This document shows positions 41,805-50,977 of a DNA stretch of 64,000 nucleotides, in pieces. How positions within the stretch are numbered: the first letter of the stretch is position 1; each line of letters begins with the position of its first letter. The DNA is taken from the NCBI GenBank assembly GCA_938001965.1, contig CALLBC010000007.1, positions 9,709-73,708 of the forward strand, in the 5' to 3' direction. Both the position numbers and the translations under genes were made by a program. This stretch comes from an uncultured Bdellovibrionales bacterium (GTDB taxonomy: Bacteria > Bdellovibrionota > Bdellovibrionia > Bdellovibrionales > UBA1609). The notes under the pieces were generated by a model, which was not told the DNA's origin, made no database searches, and saw nothing but the letters and a program-made list of their open reading frames with translations.

Positions 41805-43943
41805 TTACCTTGATCTCTTTTTTCCAGTTTTCTTACGAGAGCTTCTACTGCCGGATCTTTTCTTTTTTGAGCCAGCTTTCTTTTTCCCAGAATTTTTTTT
41901 AGATTTTTTACCAGTTTTTTTATTAGAAGAACTTTTCTTTTTTCTCGCTAAGGCTGCTTTTTTCTTTTTGTCTTTGGTCCATTTTTCTTTTTTAGGCTTC
42001 TTGGCTGTTTTATTAATCTGCGCAAGATATTCTTCATCAAAAATTGGCTTGAAATCAATTTGCCCTTCTTCCTCGTTAACACCTGCCACTTGAATTTTTA
42101 ATTCATCACCCACTTTAAACTCAGTACCCGAGCGCTCACCTACAAGCTTCATAAATTCTTCTTCAAAGACAAAGTAGTCATTAGGCAGGTCATCAATTTT
42201 TACTAAACCATCAATATCGTACTCACGCAGCGAAACAAAAACTCCAAACTTAGCTACACCACTTATATAGCCTTCAAACTCTTCTCCTAAAAACTTTTTC
42301 ATAAACCTAGCTTTTTTAATGGATATAAGTTGTCTTTCAGCTTTTACTGAACGTTGCTCACAAGCACTAAACCAAGTGGCCTTAGATGATATCTTTTCTT
42401 CATCCATTTTTTGATAAGCTTTACTCGCTTTATGATATGCTTTCAACTGCCTATGAACCATTAAATCTGGATACCTTCTAATTGGCGATGTGAAGTGAGT
42501 ATAGTTATTAAACCCTAAGCCAAAATGACCAATATTATCTAATGAGTACTTAGCTTGGCTCATTGATCTAAGAGCTAATAAACTTAAAACCTTATGTTCA
42601 GGCTTACCTTCAAATTGCCTTAGTGCTTTAGTCATTTTTTTCTGCTGCCCAGGCCTTTGTATACGAACACTCTCTCCCAAGCTGGATAAATAAACCTCTA
42701 GCTTATCTATCATCTCAGGCTTGGGCGGCTCATGAATTCTATAAACTGATGGAATTTCTTTTTCTACAAAAAAACTAGCTACAGCAACATTGGCCGCTAA
42801 CATCATTTCTTCAATCAACTTATGAGCAAATAATCTTTGAGTCTGCGAAACATCTATAACTTCACCAGCATCATCCACATTTACCTGTGTTTCAGGAATT
42901 TCTAACTCAAGGCTTCCATTTTTAAACCTTCTTTTTTGTAAAATTTTAGCAAAGTCAGCCGCCAAAAGTATTTGATCTCTCACATGTTCATGCGGGGTTT
43001 TACCCACCCCTTCAATAATTTCCTGAGCTTCGCCATAAGTAACACGAGCGTGACTTTTAATAACAGCTTCATAAAAATCTGATTTCACTAGCATTCCCGA
43101 GTGGTCAAAATTCATGTCTGCTACATAAGCTAAACGGTCAACATTTGGCTTTAATGAACATAACTCATTACTCAACTCTTCAGGCAACATTGGGTTAACA
43201 AAATTTGGTAAATAAGTACTGGTGCCTCGCTCATCGGCATCAATGTCAATGGCACCGCCTTGCTCAACATAAAAACTTACATCAGCTATGGCCACTAAAC
43301 ATTTAAAACCAGACCCTGCTTTTTCTACAAATACAGCATCATCAAAATCTTTAGCCGTTTCTCCGTCAATAGTGATAAATGGAGTTTTCCTAAGATCTTT
43401 TCTATTTTTTAATTCATCTTTAATTGTTTGCGGACTTAACTGTTTAGCCTCATCCAAGCAGGCCTTACTAAATTCACTTGGGATTTGATGGGCAAAAATA
43501 ATCCTGATGTTATCGTTAGATGGGTTAAGCCCATCACCAATCACTTGCACTACTTTTCCGGTAAATCCTTTGGGGTGATCTGGGAAGGTTTTAATTTGGG
43601 CTGCTACCCAAGTTCCCTTTTCTAGATCCTCTTCACTTTCAATGACAAGATCTGCCCCCCAAGAGTGACTGCTATCAGCTAAAATAGGAGTTCCATCTCC
43701 GAGTAAATAAACTTGTCCAACAACATTATCAAAGGCTCTTTTAGTGACCCTTACAATCTTAGCTCGAAACCTAGAACCACCAGGCTCAGGCTTAATGTGA
43801 ACTTCCACTTTATCGTTGGTCATTATTCCACGCATATCTGGCTTAGATATATATGCATCTGGTGTGGATCTATCATCTGGTATAAAAAAGCCAAATCCAT
43901 CAGGATGTCTTTTTACCATTCCACTTACTTTCTTTGTCTTCAT
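41805..43943 (-). CDS. rnr: Ribonuclease R
   Basis: 712 aa. Cold-shock-like N-terminus (HPDGFGFF), RNB domain blocks (ITIDGETAKDFDDAV, YRIHE.P, FTSPIRRYPDL.VHR), an S1 domain, and a ~70-aa Lys/Ser-rich basic tail. Confidence 0.92.
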   Translation of the reverse strand: MKTKKVSGMVKRHPDGFGFFIPDDRSTPDAYISKPDMRGIMTNDKVEVHIKPEPGGSRFRAKIVRVTKRAFDNVVGQVYLLGDGTPILADSSHSWGADLVIESEEDLEKGTWVAAQIKTFPDHPKGFTGKVVQVIGDGLNPSNDNIRIIFAHQIPSEFSKACLDEAKQLSPQTIKDELKNRKDLRKTPFITIDGETAKDFDDAVFVEKAGSGFKCLVAIADVSFYVEQGGAIDIDADERGTSTYLPNFVNPMLPEELSNELCSLKPNVDRLAYVADMNFDHSGMLVKSDFYEAVIKSHARVTYGEAQEIIEGVGKTPHEHVRDQILLAADFAKILQKRRFKNGSLELEIPETQVNVDDAGEVIDVSQTQRLFAHKLIEEMMLAANVAVASFFVEKEIPSVYRIHEPPKPEMIDKLEVYLSSLGESVRIQRPGQQKKMTKALRQFEGKPEHKVLSLLALRSMSQAKYSLDNIGHFGLGFNNYTHFTSPIRRYPDLMVHRQLKAYHKASKAYQKMDEEKISSKATWFSACEQRSVKAERQLISIKKARFMKKFLGEEFEGYISGVAKFGVFVSLREYDIDGLVKIDDLPNDYFVFEEEFMKLVGERSGTEFKVGDELKIQVAGVNEEEGQIDFKPIFDEEYLAQINKTAKKPKKEKWTKDKKKKAALARKKKSSSNKKTGKKSKKNSGKKKAGSKKKRSGSRSSRKKTGKKRSR

Positions 43944-44180
43944 TTTTAAAATTTTAATACTTATCTCCTTATAATGCAGCTTAATGCCTTAATGACATTA
44001 TGAGTTATATACTTGAAATTACTTGATCTACCTGTTCTCAGATACTTTTTGGATTGATCTCTACCTAAATAGCAGCTATTAACAATTTTCTGCTTATAGC
44101 TTAATTTTTAGGCTGATTTACTACGCCCTGATTACTACATATTTGTTGCTATAAGCTCTATATTATTAATTGGGGGATTA

Positions 44181-45128
44181 ATGTCTTTGCTAAAAAAAGT
44201 TCCTGAACTGAGTCTTGATCAGTACACCGACGGTAATACAAATGATCGTCAGCAATTTATTGATGATTTATTCACTGGCCTAAAATATTTTGGCTTTATC
44301 ATTATTAAAGATCACCCTATCCCAGTTCCTCTTTTAGATAAAGCTTATAATTTTTGTGAACAGTTTTTTACGCAAGATGAAACAACAAAAAATAAATATA
44401 TTTGCACTGAAGGTGGAGGCCAAAGAGGCTACACACCTTTTGGAACTGAGCACGCTAAAGGGAATAACTTTCCAGATTTAAAAGAATTTTGGCATGTTGG
44501 TCAATTCCTAGAAGAGGGCCATGAGTATTATAAACAATATCCAAAAAATATTTGGCCCACTGAACTTCCTGAATTCAAAAGCACATTCACGGATATTTAT
44601 AAGTCATTAGAAGATGTTGGCAAGACTTTACTTTCTGCCCTTGGACATTCTTTAGAAGTTGAAAGTGATTATTTCAAAAATATGGTTGATGATGGTAATT
44701 CCATTTTAAGATTACTTCATTACCCGCCTATTCCTGAAGGAGCTGACCCAAACTGTGTTCGAGCTGCTGCTCATGAAGACATTAACTTAATTACTATTTT
44801 AGTTAGTGCCACAACTTCTGGCCTTGAGCTGCTTGATCGTGACGGAACCTGGCTACCAGTGGAAACAGATAAAAATAACTTAATTGTGGACGCAGGTGAT
44901 ATGTTATCTAGAATAACCAATGAGGTTATACCATCCACTACTCACAGAGTAGTAAACCCTAAAGGTGAAAATAAAACACGATATTCAATGCCATTTTTTA
45001 TGCACCCACACCCAAAAGCTATGCTTTCATGTATCGAGTCTTGCAAGCAAGATAAAGTGAAGTATCCCGATATTTTATCTCATGACTTTTTAATGAAACG
45101 CCTTAAAGAAATTGGCCTAACTAAGTAA
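44181..45128 (+). CDS. 2-oxoglutarate/Fe(II)-dependent oxygenase (isopenicillin-N-synthase-like family)
   Basis: 315 aa. HxD facial-triad motif (AAHEDINLITIL), distal His (PSTTHRV) and RYSMPFF (2OG-binding Arg-x-Ser). Confidence 0.8.
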   Translation: MSLLKKVPELSLDQYTDGNTNDRQQFIDDLFTGLKYFGFIIIKDHPIPVPLLDKAYNFCEQFFTQDETTKNKYICTEGGGQRGYTPFGTEHAKGNNFPDLKEFWHVGQFLEEGHEYYKQYPKNIWPTELPEFKSTFTDIYKSLEDVGKTLLSALGHSLEVESDYFKNMVDDGNSILRLLHYPPIPEGADPNCVRAAAHEDINLITILVSATTSGLELLDRDGTWLPVETDKNNLIVDAGDMLSRITNEVIPSTTHRVVNPKGENKTRYSMPFFMHPHPKAMLSCIESCKQDKVKYPDILSHDFLMKRLKEIGLTK

Positions 45129-45286
45129 CAACCCAAGTCTCTGGACTAATTTTTGTATACGAATATTGCATTAACTTACCAGCCTTAAGTTAATTGATGT
45201 GGATTTCAGTGAATTCGGTTTATTGCATTAAACTCATTGTAATTTTACTGGTAACTCATCATAATACTAAATAACTAGGACTACAT

Positions 45287-46840
45287 ATGAACATACAGCA
45301 GCAGCTTTCAACTCAATTTAAATTAAAAGAATTTCGTTACGGCCAAAAAGAAATTATTGAATCTTTAATGAAGAAACAAGATGTTTTAGCCATAATGCCC
45401 ACTGGTGGTGGAAAGTCTTTATGTTATCAACTTCCAGCATTTGCGCAGCCAGGCCTAACCATTGTTGTCTCTCCCCTTATTGCCTTGATGAATGATCAAG
45501 TTCGACACTTAAAAAAATTAAATCTTAATGCCAATTGCATTCACTCAGGCATTGAGGACGATGTTAAAAAAGAAATCTTTGCCCATATGGCTGCCGCCTT
45601 AAGTAATAATGAAAGTTATATACTGTTTGTTTCTCCTGAGCGTGTGCAAAAACCCGGCTTTTCAGTTTGGCTAAAAAAACAAAAAGTAAACTACTTCGCA
45701 GTGGATGAGGCTCATTGTGTATCTAAGTGGGGGCATGACTTCAGAACTGAGTACACTCAAATTTCATTACTTAGAGAAATTTTTCCAGATGTGCCTATGA
45801 TTGCACTCACTGCAACAGCAACACCTATTGTAAAAAATGACATCAAGCAAAACCTCACTTTAAGAAAACCCGATGAACATGTTTATGGCTTCTATCGCCC
45901 CAACCTATATTACCAAGTTGAATTTTGTGACATTGAATCTGACAAAGATCAATTTGTACAAGGGGCAATTAAACAGTTTCCTGAAGGAAGAGTATTAATT
46001 TACTGTGGCACACGGAAAAAAACAGAAAGCTGGTATCAATTCCTATCCGTAGAAAATTCTAAGGTGGGATTTTATCATGCTGGCCTCAGCGCAAAGGAGC
46101 GTCATGATATAGAGGCCAAATACGCTAGTGGAGAAATTCGGATCCTCGCTGCAACAAACGCCTTTGGTATGGGAATTGACCACCCTGATATTAGATTAGT
46201 CATGCATACACAAATTCCAGGGAATATAGAATCATATTATCAAGAAGTGGGACGTGCTGGAAGAGACGGCAAAGACTCTACATGCCTAATGCTATATTCT
46301 AAAAAAGATAAAGGCCTGCAATCATTCTTTATTACTCAGTCTAAAGCTCCAAAAGAAATTAAAGACAAACGATGGCGTGCACTAGATGCCATGGTTAACT
46401 TCGCCGAAGGTGGTGAATGTCGTCACTCTGATATTTTAATATATTTTAATGATAAAGATCGTATTAAAAAATGTGGGCATTGTGATAGCTGTGACTTAAA
46501 GTCACCAAGACGAGTACTTCCAGTAAAAGTACCTTTTGCGATCAAAACCCCTGAAAAGAAACCAACAAAAAAATCAAAATATGACAAATTATTTGCTACC
46601 GAAGTCCCTGCTGATAAGCAATGGCTGATCCAGGTTCTTAAAGATTGGCGTAGAGACTACGCAGAAGAAGAAGGGATTCCTGCCTTCATGGTATTTAGTG
46701 ATAAGTCATTGCGTGACTTAATTGTTAAAAATCCAACTGATGAAACTGAGCTTGAGTCTGTTTATGGTTTCGGGGAAAAAAAGATTGAAACTATTGGACA
46801 TTTAATTCTAGATGTTTTGAGTAATGCAAAAGAAGGCTAA
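45287..46840 (+). CDS. recQ: RecQ-family ATP-dependent DNA helicase (short form with Zn-binding and HRDC-like C-terminus)
   Basis: 517 aa. Walker A PTGGGKSLCYQ, DEAH box VDEAHCVSKWGHDFR, TATAT, AFGMGID, QE.GRAGRDG, Cys cluster C..H....CGHCDSC. Confidence 0.88.
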   Translation: MNIQQQLSTQFKLKEFRYGQKEIIESLMKKQDVLAIMPTGGGKSLCYQLPAFAQPGLTIVVSPLIALMNDQVRHLKKLNLNANCIHSGIEDDVKKEIFAHMAAALSNNESYILFVSPERVQKPGFSVWLKKQKVNYFAVDEAHCVSKWGHDFRTEYTQISLLREIFPDVPMIALTATATPIVKNDIKQNLTLRKPDEHVYGFYRPNLYYQVEFCDIESDKDQFVQGAIKQFPEGRVLIYCGTRKKTESWYQFLSVENSKVGFYHAGLSAKERHDIEAKYASGEIRILAATNAFGMGIDHPDIRLVMHTQIPGNIESYYQEVGRAGRDGKDSTCLMLYSKKDKGLQSFFITQSKAPKEIKDKRWRALDAMVNFAEGGECRHSDILIYFNDKDRIKKCGHCDSCDLKSPRRVLPVKVPFAIKTPEKKPTKKSKYDKLFATEVPADKQWLIQVLKDWRRDYAEEEGIPAFMVFSDKSLRDLIVKNPTDETELESVYGFGEKKIETIGHLILDVLSNAKEG

Positions 46841-47124
46841 GCCTTCTTTTTTATATCCATTTCGCTATAAATAGCTTCTATACTATATTTAATCATTAAA
46901 TCAGCGATTATTTTTGGTTTGATTTTATATAATTCTGCAATTTTTTTAAGTTTTTTCAAAGGAGGCGCACACAAGCCACGCTCATAATTAGAAATAAACT
47001 GAGGGCTACTATAGCCTAATTTATCTGAAACGTCTTTTTGACTTAAACCAGCTTTAATTCTTTTTTCATATAGAAACTTACCAATTTCCGCATGCATTTC
47101 TTTTTTCTTTTTAACTGAAAACAT
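46837..47124 (-). CDS. XRE-family helix-turn-helix transcriptional regulator
   Basis: 95 aa. HTH_3 pattern (IKAGLSQKDVSDKLGYSSPQFISNYERG). GGAGGG RBS. 4-bp convergent overlap with recQ. Divergent from the 47522 cassette. Confidence 0.8.
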   Translation of the reverse strand: MFSVKKKKEMHAEIGKFLYEKRIKAGLSQKDVSDKLGYSSPQFISNYERGLCAPPLKKLKKIAELYKIKPKIIADLMIKYSIEAIYSEMDIKKKA

Positions 47125-47450
47125 TCAGCCCTCCAAATTAACCAACTTTTTGGCACCATCTTAAGTTTACTATATAAAAACAAGTAACTAATTATTTCTA
47201 CATACTTATAATCTGGTTAATAAAGTTATTTTTTTTACCCAAACTAAATAAAAATTATATATGAAATAGCTTATAATTACTATTTACTAGTTTACAATAA
47301 CAGCTAAATACATATTTCTAAAGATAAATTCACAAATAGATCAATATCTTTGCATTAAATACACATTGTTTTGTAAATAAATTAAATTTAACTAATTATA
47401 CATACTAACTGTCTCAATAAGACTCAAAGTAATAAATTTTATAAAATTAT

Positions 47451-47477
47451 TAAACTATATTTATTTAATGCCGATTA
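47451..47477 (+). promoter_or_regulatory. Sigma-28 (FliA)-type promoter candidate upstream of the HDO cassette
   Basis: TAAA (47451-47454), N15, then GCCGATTA (47470-47477), a 7/8 match to the GCCGATAA -10 box. It has the same TTAAA-N15-(A/G)CCGATTA variant as the flagellin promoter at 36613. The GC-rich -10 box stands out in a very AT-rich 376-bp spacer. Confidence 0.6.
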
Positions 47478-47521
47478 GTTACAATAATTACTATTAATCC
47501 GTGCAAATCATAAGAGATATT

Positions 47522-48238
47522 ATGTTAAACCTTAAGTTAATTATAATTGATGACGCTATTCACCTGCGTGAACAGAGTCAAATTTGTGAACTCTGGAGGA
47601 AGTGCCTTTGGGCAAAAGTTGAAAGCTATGAAAATCATTATAAACACTCAATTTTAACGGTGGGAACTGATGATTTTATTGGATCTCATTTAATTTTAGC
47701 CAATAAACTTCCAGGTGGCAAACTTGATCCTGTCATGATGTACAAAGCTGTTAGGCTATCAAAGTACAAACAGTTTAGCCTGCCTTTCGGACTAAACAAA
47801 ACGCTCAAGGGAACACACCTTGAAAACTCAATAATTCTGAATAAAATTTTGAAATCTGGTGATGAGGTTTCCTATAATTCATCTTTTACAGTTAACCCTA
47901 AATATCAAAATCACCCTGCCAGATCTTCATTTAAAGATTATATTTCTATTTTACTTTATCATTATAATATTGTTTTTAATGTTAAACAGTGGGTTTCAAT
48001 TGCAGCTATAAAGTATAAAGTTGATAAATACTTTTTATCCCTGGGAGCCAAACCTATTCATGATGCATTCTCTGTTAAAGCTTCGGACATGGAGCCCGTA
48101 CAGCTATTTCACCACTCTGACACCAATATAGTTCCTGACCATATTTTAAAAACCGTAAAAAAATATAAACATATTAGTGATTCATTAAAGATTTATCACA
48201 GTAATGATGAAGATATAAAATATAAAATAGTCGCTTAG
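47522..48238 (+). CDS. Hypothetical protein; possible GNAT/LuxI-like-fold N-acyltransferase (weak)
   Basis: The ORF track opens at GTG 47501. ATG 47522 has an AAGAGA SD-like box and fits the predicted promoter better. The fold guess rests only on loose resemblance of the C-terminal half (..EVSYNSSFTV...WVSIAAIKYKVDKYFLSLGAKPI..) to acyl-HSL / N-acyl amino acid synthase cores. Confidence 0.35.
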   Translation: MLNLKLIIIDDAIHLREQSQICELWRKCLWAKVESYENHYKHSILTVGTDDFIGSHLILANKLPGGKLDPVMMYKAVRLSKYKQFSLPFGLNKTLKGTHLENSIILNKILKSGDEVSYNSSFTVNPKYQNHPARSSFKDYISILLYHYNIVFNVKQWVSIAAIKYKVDKYFLSLGAKPIHDAFSVKASDMEPVQLFHHSDTNIVPDHILKTVKKYKHISDSLKIYHSNDEDIKYKIVA

Positions 48239-48260
48239 CTAAACATACAGGGAGAATATT

Positions 48261-48908
48261 ATGAATTTCAAACAATTTAAAGAGTTATACGATCAAAATT
48301 TAAATAATGTTGCTAATGAATGCAAAGCATTTCCATGGGATAACAAATATGCATATTCAACTTGGCTAGCCAACACACATTACTACGCCAAAGAAACTCC
48401 GAGGATGCTATCCCTATCTGCTAGCGTAATGCCCGAAAAAAATAGAGCCGTTTGCTATAGGTTTATTAGACATGCCTGCGAAGAGATGGGACATGAAAAA
48501 CAAATTGAAAGAGATTTAAAATTTCTAGGGTATAAACTCAATGACCTTCCTATTACAAATGAAATGAAAATGTGTCATCGCTCACTAAGTTATTGGGGAC
48601 AATTATCTGAAAATGCCATTGGCTTTATGGGTTGGGTTGTTTTAGTTGAAGGGTTAGCTGTAGAGGCTGGCGAACATGTATATAATCAGATAATAAAGCA
48701 TTACTCACCAAAAGCAGCCAACTTCTTGAAAAGCCACTCTGATGAGGATCCTGACCATATCAACAAAGCTTTTATGGTACTTAAACAACTAGATGTTGTT
48801 GACTTGGAGGTTATTGCAGACTCAATTAATATGTACAGTCACCAGTATATTTCGTTCCTGAATTCTGCCAAATCTAAAATACAGGCCATTAGCAAAGAAG
48901 CATCTTAA
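48261..48908 (+). CDS. Heme-oxygenase-like diiron oxidase/oxygenase (HDO; 'iron-containing redox enzyme' family)
   Basis: 215 aa, helical. Candidate ligand motifs in canonical order: E-x2-H (CEEMGHE), Glu-rich core helix (LVEGLAVEAGEH), H-x3-D-x2-H (HSDEDPDH). The last spacing is also seen in the CADD-like protein at 32738. Confidence 0.65.
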   Translation: MNFKQFKELYDQNLNNVANECKAFPWDNKYAYSTWLANTHYYAKETPRMLSLSASVMPEKNRAVCYRFIRHACEEMGHEKQIERDLKFLGYKLNDLPITNEMKMCHRSLSYWGQLSENAIGFMGWVVLVEGLAVEAGEHVYNQIIKHYSPKAANFLKSHSDEDPDHINKAFMVLKQLDVVDLEVIADSINMYSHQYISFLNSAKSKIQAISKEAS

Positions 48909-48989
48909 AAAATATTACAATTTTATTCACAATAAAGTTATTTTAAGATAACCTGCCTCGGTAAACTACTTATATTTATTGAGGTTTTT

Positions 48990-49697
48990 ATGGAAGTAAC
49001 AAATATCACAAGTAACGATAGATCCCTATCTGACAACTTTAAGGTGATTGTATCTAAAATCACAGCCATTTTAAAACAACACGATATAACTGTAAAACCC
49101 TTTCACTCAGATTCGCTGCCAGCATTTAATAAGTTAAGTCCAGAAGATCAAATGCAAGCTATTCAACACGCACAAAATTACTTAGAGGTACTAAATTCTG
49201 TTAATGATGCAAAGTGGTCATATAAAGATGATTTACACTTCTTGTGGCGATCCCTTAAAGTTCTTAAGTTGACTCCAAGTTCTGATATTTTTGAACATAT
49301 TAAAAAAAATGATGCTGTTGAGATATTTAACCTAAACAACATACAAGTTTGGCGTAACCTAGCTAGTTTAGATCTACTATCTTACACATTAGAGGAAATT
49401 TATTGTTACTCTTGGGAAGACCGTTATATTAGAAACGAGCAGACTCTTGCCGAAATTAAAGTGGTTTTTGAAAAAATGTTCGCATTGAAACCTCCTGCCA
49501 CATACCAGTGTAATGTTCAAAATATTATTACAGAAGTGTTTAGCGAAGAAAAATTAACTATTAACGCTAACCATAAAGCTATTTGTTTACTGTTTGATTC
49601 CAATAGCAACCCAAGTGGCTACCTTGTTGTTTCTGACGCAAAAATATTACGTAAAAATAGCCTATTTGAAAAGCCACACAGGTTACATAGTGTTTAA
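48990..49697 (+). CDS. Hypothetical protein (possibly PAS-like fold), last gene of the cassette
   Basis: 235 aa, no signal peptide or TM helix, GAGG RBS. No catalytic or DNA-binding motif recognised. Confidence 0.5.
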   Translation: MEVTNITSNDRSLSDNFKVIVSKITAILKQHDITVKPFHSDSLPAFNKLSPEDQMQAIQHAQNYLEVLNSVNDAKWSYKDDLHFLWRSLKVLKLTPSSDIFEHIKKNDAVEIFNLNNIQVWRNLASLDLLSYTLEEIYCYSWEDRYIRNEQTLAEIKVVFEKMFALKPPATYQCNVQNIITEVFSEEKLTINANHKAICLLFDSNSNPSGYLVVSDAKILRKNSLFEKPHRLHSV

Positions 49698-50270
49698 TCA
49701 ATTGTGAGCTGCATAGGTTACCACACTAAATCCTTTCGCCTTCTTAGTTAAACTCTCATTTTCATAGGCATGTGGCTCATCACCTGGGAAAGCTAATAAG
49801 TCTCCTTTAGTTAGTTCATATTTGCTCTTATCTACGTAAATATTGATCTTTCCTTCTAAACAATAAAAGTATTCTTTTGTTTGTGAAATATGAGGGGTCC
49901 CTTTAAACCGACCGTTCGGCTTTAGAGTTAATAGATCTATCTCCATTCCAGGTATTGGATCAGGCAGTATTTTTTTTACTTCTGTATGAACTTTAGTTCT
50001 ATCTAATGTGGGTATATCTACCGCCTTAATATGCCTTACCTTAAGTTGCGGACGACTAATCAACTCACCAATTGATATTTGTAGTGCTCCAGTAATCTTC
50101 ATTAGGTTTGATAGCGAGGGGTTGCCGGACCCAGACTCAATATAAGTAAGTGTCGATCTTGGAATTAATGCCTTCTTAGCTAATTGCAACTGACTTAAGC
50201 CTTGCTTTTTTCTAATGGCTATAACGTTGAGGGCTAAATTCTGCCTAGTTTGCTCTAATAATTTATCCAT
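49698..50270 (-). CDS. XRE-family HTH regulator with C-terminal cupin sensor domain
   Basis: 190 aa. N-terminal HTH_3 (IRKKQGLSQLQLAKKALIPRSTLTYIESG..NPSL.NL.KI). C-terminal cupin (G..H.....EYFYCLEG......D......GD...FPGDEPHAYEN). Abuts the 48990 gene stop with zero gap. Confidence 0.8.
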   Translation of the reverse strand: MDKLLEQTRQNLALNVIAIRKKQGLSQLQLAKKALIPRSTLTYIESGSGNPSLSNLMKITGALQISIGELISRPQLKVRHIKAVDIPTLDRTKVHTEVKKILPDPIPGMEIDLLTLKPNGRFKGTPHISQTKEYFYCLEGKINIYVDKSKYELTKGDLLAFPGDEPHAYENESLTKKAKGFSVVTYAAHN

Positions 50271-50356
50271 ATGCCAATATATTAGCGTAAATGTTTAATT
50301 ATCGTCAAACTTCGACGATCATTTAAACAGATAAACAACACAAAAAAGGACAGAAA

Positions 50357-50758
50357 ATGAAATCTAAAATTACTTTTGATCACTTAAATCTAACTGTTGA
50401 TAACTTTCAAAATTCTAAAGATTGGTACGAGAAAATATTTAACTTTAAAATTGTGGAATCAGGTACTGAGCCCGATGGTCGAGAATGGGGAATATTAAAA
50501 AATGGAGACCAAATGTTGGCTTTATATGAATACCCAAACAGACAACAGTATGAAGGAGATAAATATCACACACTAAACCACTTCTCATTCAGAATTAGAA
50601 ACAGAAAGGAGTGGGAACAAATAATGAAGAAACACAAACTAAAGACTTACTACATGAGTCCATTTGTTTATCCAAATTCATTATCTTGGTACATCAGGGA
50701 TCCTAGCGGATATAAGATCGAGATCAGTCTTTGGAATAATAATAAAGTAACATTTTAA
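50357..50758 (+). CDS. VOC-family (glyoxalase/bleomycin-resistance/dioxygenase fold) protein
   Basis: 133 aa. FDHLNLTVDNF..S..WY..IF.F begins the protein, then HFSFRI and Y.RDPSGYKIEIS, a typical VOC beta-alpha-beta-beta-beta pair. Confidence 0.75.
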   Translation: MKSKITFDHLNLTVDNFQNSKDWYEKIFNFKIVESGTEPDGREWGILKNGDQMLALYEYPNRQQYEGDKYHTLNHFSFRIRNRKEWEQIMKKHKLKTYYMSPFVYPNSLSWYIRDPSGYKIEISLWNNNKVTF

Positions 50759-50913
50759 CCACAAAAATTTTTAACACAAACTACCTGAAAATCACGATTA
50801 GGGGAAAACTATGGAAGCATTTATATATTTCAAATCTTTTGATAAGTACAAAAATATAAACAAAAAATATAAATTAAAATCGAACTGACCATCATCGGAG
50901 CACAGCTTTATAG

Positions 50914-50940
50914 GTCATCCTGAACGCAGTGAAGGATGAC
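50914..50940. terminator. Hairpin between convergent genes (possible terminator)
   Basis: GTCATCCT (50914-50921), 11-nt loop GAACGCAGTGA, AGGATGAC (50933-50940). The plus strand continues GTAAAGTTTTATT. Located 38 nt from the valS stop. Confidence 0.45.
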
Positions 50941-50977
50941 GTAAAGTTTTATTCAAGGTGAGTTTAGATTATTATAT

